Shown: one piece after another, positions 10,600-17,789 of the stretch
Layout of the letters: every line of letters begins with the position of its first letter
Position numbering within the stretch: position 1 is the first letter of the stretch
DNA from: Anaerolineae bacterium
GTDB taxonomy: Bacteria > Chloroflexota > Anaerolineae > S140-20
Direction of reading: 5' to 3'
Assembly: GCA_027021705.1 (NCBI GenBank)
Contig: JALUTT010000113.1
Span: 1 to 30,525 of the forward strand
Length of the DNA stretch: 30,525 bases
Notes under the pieces: generated by a model
What the model saw: only the letters and a program-made list of their open reading frames with translations
What the model was told of the DNA's origin: nothing
The model's database searches: none
Program-made: the position numbers and the translations under genes

Positions 10600-11040
10600 T
10601 CAGGCCTTTCCGCTCTCGGGCAGACGGATGTCAATTTGATGGAAGGCCGAGCGGTCGTCCGAGAGCCGCCAGGCGGTCAGCTCATGGGCCCGGCCCTTGC
10701 GCACCCCCACGATCACGTAGCTGTAACGGGGTAGGGCCTGTCGCCGGTGCTGGATGGAGGGGCGCGCCGGATAGTCGGGATTGGACTGGAAGAAGCCGAT
10801 CACCTCCAGCCCCTTCTGCCGAGCCATCTCCTCAGCCTGGCGCAACATCTCTTCTGTGAAGGGGATCATCTCGTGCTCCTGGGAGGTCCGACTCTGCTCC
10901 CAGGGCAGCAGTTCGATCACCTCGTGGGAGCCGTTCTCACCGCTGCGCCCTAGCAACAGACCGTATCCTCTACCGGGATAGGCGGCCTCACCGTAACGGG
11001 CGATGGCCTGTCGCTCCTTGGGATGAATTGCGATCCTCAT
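10600..11040 (-). CDS. Mov34/MPN/JAB (M67, Mec-like) domain protein with degenerate JAMM motif
   Basis: Scaffold GEAAYP...GLLLG, GLEVIGF.S.PD.PARPS, YSYVIV, AWRL is intact, but catalytic positions are replaced; AGGAG SD; directly downstream of cysteine synthase. Confidence 0.85.
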   Translation of the reverse strand: MRIAIHPKERQAIARYGEAAYPGRGYGLLLGRSGENGSHEVIELLPWEQSRTSQEHEMIPFTEEMLRQAEEMARQKGLEVIGFFQSNPDYPARPSIQHRRQALPRYSYVIVGVRKGRAHELTAWRLSDDRSAFHQIDIRLPESGKA

Positions 11041-11103
11041 TTTAAACTCCTCTCCTTGGCTTCAGACTGCGACGCGCTAGGCAGACCAGGAGTCGCAACG
11101 ACT

Positions 11104-12135
11104 TCAACGGGCTCGAGCGTGGGCTACCATTGAAGGGACCTGGCCTGCGGTCTCCAGTTCGTTAACCTCTCTCTCCTCATACCCCCACCGGGGCTCTTCA
11201 TCCCAGAAGGACTCGCTGAGGTACTTGACGCCGCTATCCGGGAGGATGGTGACGATGACGCCAGAACGCACCCGGCGAGCGACCTGAAGGGCTGCCACCA
11301 CCGCAGCACCACTGGAGATGCCTACGAAGAGCCCCCTCTCTCGAGCCAGCCGTCGGACCATCGCGTAGGCGTCCTCGGTACGAACGGTGACGACCTCGTC
11401 CACCAGATCGGGGTCGTAGACGCCGGGGACGATGGCCGTCTCCATATGTTTCAGCCCTTCCAGACCGTGGAAGGGGGAGTCGGGCTGGACGGCGATGAGA
11501 CGGATCTGGGGATTGTACTCCCGCAGCCGACGGCCGGTGCCGGTCAGCGTACCGCCGGTGCCCAGTCCCGCCACGAAGTGGGTCACCTCTCCTCGGGTCT
11601 GCTCCCAGACCTCTACTCCCGTCGTCTCGTAGTGGGCCCGGGGATTCGCCGGGTTGTTGTACTGATCGGGGTAGAAGTAGCGGTCCGGGTCCGCTTCGTA
11701 GATCTGGTGCACCAGGCGGATCGCGCCATCGGTCCCTTCCATCGGGTCCGAGAAGACCAGTTCCGCACCATAAGCCTGCAGGATGCGGATGCGCTCAACG
11801 CTGGCATTGCGAGGGATCACCAGCTTGACCCGGTATCCCCGGGCAGCGGCGAACATCGCGTAGGCGATCCCCATATTGCCTGAGGTGGCATCTAGCAGCA
11901 CCTTGTCGGGGGTCAACTGACCCGACCGCTCCGCCTCCAGGATCATCTGACGGGCCGGTCGGTCCTTCACCGAACCGCCTGGGTTGAACCACTCGGCCTT
12001 GGCGTACAGATGGACGGCCGAAGGCTCCGGCAACAAGCCATCCAACCGTAACAGCGGCGTATTTCCAACCAGGTCGAAAAGATCAACTCCGAAGGGAGAC
12101 CTATCGTTTCGTTTCTTGAAAGGCCAGGGATACAT
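11104..12135 (-). CDS. cysM: PLP-dependent cysteine synthase family protein (CysM-like)
   Basis: VGNTPL, NPGGSVKDR (PLP Lys), ATSGN, DQYNNPAN, GLGTGGT, GISSGA, PDSG.KYLS. ATG at 12135 has AAGGAG SD; in-frame ATG at 12159 is an alternative. Confidence 0.9.
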   Translation of the reverse strand: MYPWPFKKRNDRSPFGVDLFDLVGNTPLLRLDGLLPEPSAVHLYAKAEWFNPGGSVKDRPARQMILEAERSGQLTPDKVLLDATSGNMGIAYAMFAAARGYRVKLVIPRNASVERIRILQAYGAELVFSDPMEGTDGAIRLVHQIYEADPDRYFYPDQYNNPANPRAHYETTGVEVWEQTRGEVTHFVAGLGTGGTLTGTGRRLREYNPQIRLIAVQPDSPFHGLEGLKHMETAIVPGVYDPDLVDEVVTVRTEDAYAMVRRLARERGLFVGISSGAAVVAALQVARRVRSGVIVTILPDSGVKYLSESFWDEEPRWGYEEREVNELETAGQVPSMVAHARAR

Positions 12136-12354
12136 CGGCTTCTCCTTTCTTCGCGTCATCGTCTTTGGGGCAGGATGACCGACATCTCGTTCTTTCCCCT
12201 CTCGCCGGGGGAGGGAGTCGAGCGCCGACAGGTGGGCAACCGACAGAGCGACAGATGGGAACGGTGGAGCGCTTGTTCCTTCGCGGAGGCAATGCCGCCC
12301 ACGTCAGTCGGCTCAGCCTTGTACCCTGGCACGGCGTTCACCTGACGCAGCGGA

Positions 12355-12393
12355 TCATTGCCTCCGCTTGAGACAGGTGCACTGGCATCCCAT
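12355..12393 (-). CDS. Putative Cys-rich leader peptide MGCQCTCLKRRQ
   Basis: AGGAGG 7 nt before ATG; ATG GGA TGC CAG TGC ACC TGT CTC AAG CGG AGG CAA TGA; first well-signalled ORF after the promoter; upstream of cysteine synthase. Confidence 0.72.
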   Translation of the reverse strand: MGCQCTCLKRRQ

Positions 12394-12446
12394 AAACCAT
12401 CCTCCTGAGGTCACAATTCCGATGATGAAGGTTAGATTTTTTTCCA

Positions 12447-12475
12447 AGTATACCGGGTTTGGCCGAATGTGTCAA
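12447..12475 (-). promoter_or_regulatory. Predicted sigma70 promoter of the leader-cysM-JAMM operon
   Basis: TTGACA-17 nt-TATACT. Confidence 0.85.
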
Positions 12476-12489
12476 GTCCGAGAGGGGGG

Positions 12490-12518
12490 TTGCTCAGTTG
12501 GAGAGGGTGAGGTAGAAT
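12490..12518 (+). promoter_or_regulatory. Predicted sigma70 promoter of the permease, back-to-back with the cysM promoter
   Basis: TTGCTC-17 nt-TAGAAT. Confidence 0.65.
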
Positions 12519-12579
12519 GAATCCGTTCTGTCGGGCAACCATTCTTGAAGCACTGAAGGGACCAAGAAAGGATATACCT

Positions 12580-14943
12580 ATGGCTACCAACGCTCGTCGC
12601 TTTGCAGTCACCCTAAGCCGAGGGCTGGGCCTCCTCGACGTGACGATGATCGGCATCGGGGCGATGATCGGTGCCGGCATCTTCGGCTTGACGGGTATCG
12701 CAGCCGGTGAGGCCGGCCCTGTGGGCCTCCTCCTGGCCTTCTTCTTCAACGGGCTTGTGGCCTCCCTGACAGGGATGACCTATGCGGAGCTGGGGGCAGC
12801 CTACCCCCAGGCCGGCGGCAGCTACGCCTGGGTGAAGGCTGGCCTGCCCCGCATCTACGGATTCTATGCCGGTTGGCTCTCCTGGTTCTCCAACTCGGTG
12901 GCCTGCGGCTTCTACGCCATCCTCTTCGGCACCTTCTTCGTCGAGTTGACCAAGATGGCGGGCGTCGGATGGGCCCAAACGCACCTCTTGATGGGGCTGA
13001 GCGGGGAGGAGGTGGCGGTCAAAGGCTTCGCCGTCCTCTCCGCCCTCATCTTCACCTTCATCAACTACCGAGGAGCCTCGGAGACGGGGGCGGTGGGCAA
13101 CGTCATCACCACCTTCAAGATCATCGTGCTCCTGACGATGGCAGGCTTTGGCCTGCGGGCGATGATCAATATGCCCAACTGGCAGGATAACTTCCTGGCC
13201 GAGCCGCTGCCCCACGGTATCCTAGGCGTCCTCATTGCTATGGGGCTCACCTATATCGCCTTCGAAGGCTACGAGATCATCGCCCAGAGCGGCGAAGAGG
13301 TGAAGAACCCAGGGCGCAACGTCCCCCTGGCCATCTTCATCTCCATCATCGTCGTGGTCTTCATCTACCTTCTGGTGGGCTTCGTCTCCATCGGGGCGCT
13401 GGTTCAGAACACCGGCCTGCCCAACTGGGTCTACCTGGGTGAGAAGGGGGAACGGGCGATGATCGAGACGGCGCGGGCGATTATGCCCTATGGTGCGTTG
13501 ATCATCATCCTGGGAGGGCTGGCTTCGACCACCTCGGCGATGAACGCGACCATCTACTCCAGCAGCCGCGTTTCCTTCGCGATGGGACGGGAGGGGGACC
13601 TGCCGGCCCTCTTCGGACGCATCCACCCCCGCAACCGCACCCCCCACTGGGCCATCTGGCTGAGCGGGCTGTTGATCCTGGTGATGGCCCTCTTCCTCCC
13701 CATCGAAGATGTGGCCTCGGGAGCCTCGATCACCTTCCTGCTCCTCTTCCTGACGATCAACTACACCCTGATCCGCCTGCGCAAAACTCACCCTGATCTG
13801 CCCCGCCCCTTCCGAGCGCCGCTGGTGCCTTGGCTGCAGTACCTGGCCATCGCCATCCAGTTGGGACTGGCGGTCAGCCTCTTTCGGCTGAGCCCCATCG
13901 CCTGGGGAGCGACGCTGACCTGGATGGCGTTGGGGGCCTTCGTCTACCAGCGTCACGGAGCCGTGCAGGAAGCGGCCAAAGAGGCGGACACCATCCTGCT
14001 GGAGGAGACGATCGCCACCCGGGAGTACTCGGTCCTGCTGCCCGTCGCCAACGAGGCCCAGGCCCGCCAGATGGCCCGCCTGGGAGCCCTGCTGGCTTTG
14101 GCCAACGACGGGGAACTCTTCGCCCTGCACGTGATCCGGGTGCCTCAGCAGGTGGGGCTCAGCGATGGGCGGGCCTTCCTGCGACAGGGACGGCCCGTCC
14201 TGGAAGAAGTGATCTCTATCGGTCAGGAGTACGACGTTCCCGTGCGGACGATGCTGCGGCTGGGGCGAGATGTGGCGGAGTCCATCATCAGCGCGGCCCG
14301 GGAGCGAAACGCCAACCTGGTGCTGCTGGGCTGGCCGGGCTACATCGGCCACCGGCAACAGGCCTTCGGCAGCATCCTCAGCCTGATCACGGCTACGCCG
14401 CCCTGCGACCTAGCAGCCGTCCGCTTCCGCAAGGGAGGACTGCCCCGCCGCATCCTGGTGCCCATCGCCGGTGGTCCCAACACCCGCCTGGCTCTGAGCC
14501 TGGCCCTAATGGAAGCAGACGCGGTGGAGCGGCTGACAGGAGAGCTCCCCCACATCGTGGCCTTGCACCTGGTCTTGGACGGAGGGGACCAACAGGTGAT
14601 TGAGGCCCGCCGTCAGAGCCTCCTGGATGATCTGGAGATCGGTGACCTCCCCATTGAGTTGCGGGTGGAGCCGGCCAAGGACGTGGTCGAGAAGATCGTC
14701 CAAATGTCCGAAAGCTTCGACCAGGTCATCCTGGGGGCCTCAGAGGAGCGGCTGCTGGAGCAATCTCTCTTCGGCTCCATCCCCCAGCGAGTGGCTGAGG
14801 AAGCCCTGGCGACGGTGATTATGGTCAAGGAGTACAGTCCGGTCCGGTTCGGCCTGCGGCGCTGGCTGCAGCGGACCAGCCGGCGCAACCCAGGGCATCC
14901 AACCCCCGCCCCCGGTGGCGTTCCAGCACGCCCAGGATCTTGA
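12580..14943 (+). CDS. APC-family amino acid permease fused to two universal-stress-protein-like domains
   Basis: GAMIGAGIF, YAELGAAYPQAGGSY, AFEGYE, EEVKNP, SSSRVSFAMGR, PRPFRAP; C-terminal VLLPVAN, ILVPIAGGP, FGSIP.RV. ATG at 12580 has AAAGGA SD; ATG at 12517 overlaps the -10 box. Confidence 0.92.
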   Translation: MATNARRFAVTLSRGLGLLDVTMIGIGAMIGAGIFGLTGIAAGEAGPVGLLLAFFFNGLVASLTGMTYAELGAAYPQAGGSYAWVKAGLPRIYGFYAGWLSWFSNSVACGFYAILFGTFFVELTKMAGVGWAQTHLLMGLSGEEVAVKGFAVLSALIFTFINYRGASETGAVGNVITTFKIIVLLTMAGFGLRAMINMPNWQDNFLAEPLPHGILGVLIAMGLTYIAFEGYEIIAQSGEEVKNPGRNVPLAIFISIIVVVFIYLLVGFVSIGALVQNTGLPNWVYLGEKGERAMIETARAIMPYGALIIILGGLASTTSAMNATIYSSSRVSFAMGREGDLPALFGRIHPRNRTPHWAIWLSGLLILVMALFLPIEDVASGASITFLLLFLTINYTLIRLRKTHPDLPRPFRAPLVPWLQYLAIAIQLGLAVSLFRLSPIAWGATLTWMALGAFVYQRHGAVQEAAKEADTILLEETIATREYSVLLPVANEAQARQMARLGALLALANDGELFALHVIRVPQQVGLSDGRAFLRQGRPVLEEVISIGQEYDVPVRTMLRLGRDVAESIISAARERNANLVLLGWPGYIGHRQQAFGSILSLITATPPCDLAAVRFRKGGLPRRILVPIAGGPNTRLALSLALMEADAVERLTGELPHIVALHLVLDGGDQQVIEARRQSLLDDLEIGDLPIELRVEPAKDVVEKIVQMSESFDQVILGASEERLLEQSLFGSIPQRVAEEALATVIMVKEYSPVRFGLRRWLQRTSRRNPGHPTPAPGGVPARPGS

Positions 14944-15270
14944 TGGAGACGATGGTAATGCGTCGCCGGTACCACCACCATCCTGGAGGGAAGAGGCGGG
15001 GGAAGAGGCGATTGTCCATCCGGTGCAGCACTTGGTTGAGGTCGGGGAGAATGGGGAATGGCGCCAGCCCTCCATCGGGCTGGCGCCGGTTCCCCTTTCA
15101 AGTCAAGAGTCACCGAGGGGGGCGTCAGAGTCCCTACAGCACAGGGGATTCAGCGGCGAAGCGCTCCCGGTTGATCCGGTGATAGACGCCTCGCAGCGAG
15201 CGGTAGACCTGCTTGTAGGCGGCGAAGAGGATGTGAGCGTAGCTCAGGCTGACGAAGGCGAAGCGCACGG
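14891..15270 (-). pseudogene. Degraded remnant of a GNAT (YghO-like) acetyltransferase gene
   Basis: Minus-strand frame reads ILPDLNQVLHRMDNRLFP...WWYRRRITIVSIKILGVLERHRGRGLDAL (acetyl-CoA motif region, ~14891-15050); an upstream high-GC3 fragment is separated by stops and is less certain. Confidence 0.55.
15053..15098 (+). terminator. Probable terminator hairpin after the permease
   Basis: GGCGCCAGCCC/GGGCTGGCGCC 11-bp stem extended by GGGGAA/TTCCCC, followed by TTT; lies between convergent genes. Confidence 0.65.
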
Positions 15271-15328
15271 ATGAAGTAGCCTGCCATCGCGTCCTCTCGA
15301 TGTCTGCGCCCACATATGAGACAAGCCC

Positions 15329-17521
15329 CTACCCTTCCGGCAGGGGGGGAAGGCGAAAACTGAAGAGCCGACCCCGGGCCACCAAGAAGAGGGTGCGGCT
15401 GGCTCCATCCACGGCCATCGCAGTGATCTCGGCGAAGGCATCCCCATCGGCCCGGATCTGGTGGATGAAGGCTCCCTGTTTGCTCAGGGCGACGATGCGA
15501 TCCGCGCCGGCATCGGCCACGTAAATCGCCCCTTCCTCCTTATCCCCCTCCAGGGCGATGGCGACCGGCCGGACGAAGGGCTGCTCCAGGCCGCTGATCT
15601 GATAGGGGAAGGGCTCCCCACCGAAGAGTTTGACGATCCGCCCATCGGCCAGGAGCACGTAGATGGACCCGTCAATGGCCATCCCCACCGCCTGGCTCAG
15701 ATCCGGCGGCGGTGCGACGAAGTAGCTTTCCGGCAGGCCATATCCCTCCGTGGAGGGCTCGTAGCGCCAGATCTGGCTGCTCACCCCATCCAGGATGTAG
15801 AGTTTGCCGTTGAAAGCCCCCAGGGCCCGGGGAACCAGGGGCTGAGGGGGCTGACCCAAAGTCAGCCGTTTCAGCCCCCAGGTAGGGTTGTATTCCAGCA
15901 GCCGGTTCCCCTCGGCCAGGATGAGCAGCGCATCCTGTAGCCGCCGGCCCCCAGCCGGCATCCAGACCAAGTCCAACAGCGCCCCGATCCGTTCCTCCCC
16001 CACCTGTTGCCCCCGGTAAGCGATGATAGGTGCTTCCTTCTCCACGACATTGGCCCGAGTCGCGTCCAGGGTGTGCTGTACGACCTCACCCGCTTCCGGG
16101 TCCAGCGTGAAGAGCTGCACCGGTCCCACGGCCAACCGATAGGGCCGCGAGACCCCGTAGTCCCACAGGAGGGCGGGCTGAACGCGGACCGTGCCTTCCA
16201 TCAAGTCTAGGGCAGCCTGAGCCTCGGTGTAGAGGCGTTGGACGGTCTCGTCGTCGGGACGGGCCTGACGGGCTTCCTTTAAGAAGCCAAGGGCCGCCTG
16301 CCAGTGCTCGCGGGCCGTCTCGGGGTCGCTGGTCAGACTGCTAGCCACCTCCATCTCCCGACGGGCTTCCTCCAGCAGCCCCTGGAAGTAGGCGGTCTGA
16401 CTGCGTTGGATGTAGAGGGCAACGACAAGGAGGGCGACGAGGATGGGGATGGCGATGGCCACGCCGGCCATCAGGAGGACGTTGCCCTCCGCCTCAGAGC
16501 GGCGGCGCGGGGGGCGGGCCGGGACGGCCTCAGGCTCCGGCAGCGTCCGGGTCACCAACGTTCGCACCCCGTCGGCCAGCAGGCCCAGCCCCAGGATCCC
16601 CCAATCGGCCAGACGGCGTAGGTAGATACGCCAGGGGGGGGAAGGGAGAGAGGGGATACGACTGGGGGGAAGGGGTAGGCGCGGCGGAGGTTCGCCAACC
16701 TTTTCCTCGGGCGAGGATGGAGGGGCAGGGACGTCAGGAGCAACGTAAGAGGTAACCTCCCGGACCGCTTCTTCCTCCTCTGCCTCCACGGGCAGACGAG
16801 CTTCGACGACCAGAGCGGAGAAGGGAGCATCACCTGCCAGGCGGGAAAGGTAGGTGACGATAGCCTCGACCGTCCCCTGGGTGAGGGCATCCTCCAGCCC
16901 TCCTTGGGGCAGCCCGGACACCCAGGTGGGACCGGTGAGGAGCAGGAGATCGCCCGGTTGCACGGCGATATGGTGTAGGTGTACCGCCACGCCCCGGCTC
17001 ATCCCCAGCGCCAGTTCCGCGTCCGGGGTGGGGGTGAGGTAGGATGTGACTCCCGCGATCCCGGCTTCGTCCCTCGGCCCTGGGGAAAGCACACCCTGTT
17101 CGTAGCGGCGCACCAGGCCGGGACGGGCGTAGAGGGCAAGGGCAGGGCCGCTCTGGGCCAGGAAGACGCTGTTCCCCCGCAGGACAGCGCAGGTGATCCC
17201 ACCGTGGCGGCGGGTGCTAGGAGGCAACCCCAGGTTCTCCTCCAGCAGGTAGGCGTTAGCTTGAGCGATGGCGTGGCGCAGGGCGGCCGTGGTGCTGCCC
17301 GCCCGCCGCCAGTAGGCGTTGGACAACCGACGGATCATCTCGACCAGGAGAGCCGGTGGGGTGCCCGGTCCCAGGTCGAGAAAGACGAACAGGGTGTCCT
17401 CCCGCCGGTCCCGCGCGGCGCGGCGGGGAGGCGTCAGGACGGCCAGGTGAGGGGGGTCCGGCTGAGGGACCCCACCGACGAGGTAGAGTTCGCCGACAAC
17501 ACTGTCCAGCGGGATCGTCAT
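15329..17521 (-). CDS. Membrane protein: degenerate PP2C-like N-domain, TM helix, C-terminal NHL-like beta-propeller
   Basis: ALRHAIAQANAYL, GITCAVLRG..VFLAQSG, LGMS, VQPGDLLLL resemble PP2C; TM VLLMAGVAIAIPILVALLVVALYI; LYILD, MAIDGSIYVL, IYVADAG..RIV repeats. Confidence 0.75.
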   Translation of the reverse strand: MTIPLDSVVGELYLVGGVPQPDPPHLAVLTPPRRAARDRREDTLFVFLDLGPGTPPALLVEMIRRLSNAYWRRAGSTTAALRHAIAQANAYLLEENLGLPPSTRRHGGITCAVLRGNSVFLAQSGPALALYARPGLVRRYEQGVLSPGPRDEAGIAGVTSYLTPTPDAELALGMSRGVAVHLHHIAVQPGDLLLLTGPTWVSGLPQGGLEDALTQGTVEAIVTYLSRLAGDAPFSALVVEARLPVEAEEEEAVREVTSYVAPDVPAPPSSPEEKVGEPPPRLPLPPSRIPSLPSPPWRIYLRRLADWGILGLGLLADGVRTLVTRTLPEPEAVPARPPRRRSEAEGNVLLMAGVAIAIPILVALLVVALYIQRSQTAYFQGLLEEARREMEVASSLTSDPETAREHWQAALGFLKEARQARPDDETVQRLYTEAQAALDLMEGTVRVQPALLWDYGVSRPYRLAVGPVQLFTLDPEAGEVVQHTLDATRANVVEKEAPIIAYRGQQVGEERIGALLDLVWMPAGGRRLQDALLILAEGNRLLEYNPTWGLKRLTLGQPPQPLVPRALGAFNGKLYILDGVSSQIWRYEPSTEGYGLPESYFVAPPPDLSQAVGMAIDGSIYVLLADGRIVKLFGGEPFPYQISGLEQPFVRPVAIALEGDKEEGAIYVADAGADRIVALSKQGAFIHQIRADGDAFAEITAMAVDGASRTLFLVARGRLFSFRLPPLPEG

Positions 17522-17592
17522 CCCCCTCTTCCGGTGCACTGCGCCGGGCCAGGAGCCGGCAGCGGTGGTCTAGGTGTAGACTTCCCTTATGA

Positions 17593-17621
17593 ATTGTACT
17601 CCAAAGTGGGCACAAGCACAA
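17593..17621 (-). promoter_or_regulatory. Predicted sigma70 promoter of the PP2C-like gene
   Basis: TTGTGC-17 nt-TACAAT in an AT-richer patch ~70 nt upstream of the start. Confidence 0.6.
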
Positions 17622-17632
17622 GGTGGTGTGGT

Positions 17633-17789
17633 GCGGTGATTACCCACAGGGGAGCGAGAGAGTGGTCCGTAGCAGGCCGTCCACGAATTTCTCACAAATG
17701 GACGAAGGAGGCGGTCCTTAATTCGTGTATTCGTGCTCCATTCGTGGACGGCTCGTCTCCCTATCTCCAAAGGTATGGGTAACCACCGG
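17633..17789. mobile_element. MITE-like element, copy 2
   Basis: About 95% identical to 5938-6095, same orientation; flanking GGTGTGGT/GGCGTGGT. Confidence 0.88.

Noticed and set aside
12338..12400. 20-aa ORF MVYGMPVHLSQAEAMIRCVR as the leader peptide
   Set aside because: Its ATG directly abuts AGGAGG with no spacing; the ATG at 12393 has the optimal 7-nt spacing.
14915..15274. 119-aa plus-strand ORF after the permease
   Set aside because: No recognisable homology, crosses a terminator-like hairpin, and the opposite strand carries the protein-like signal.
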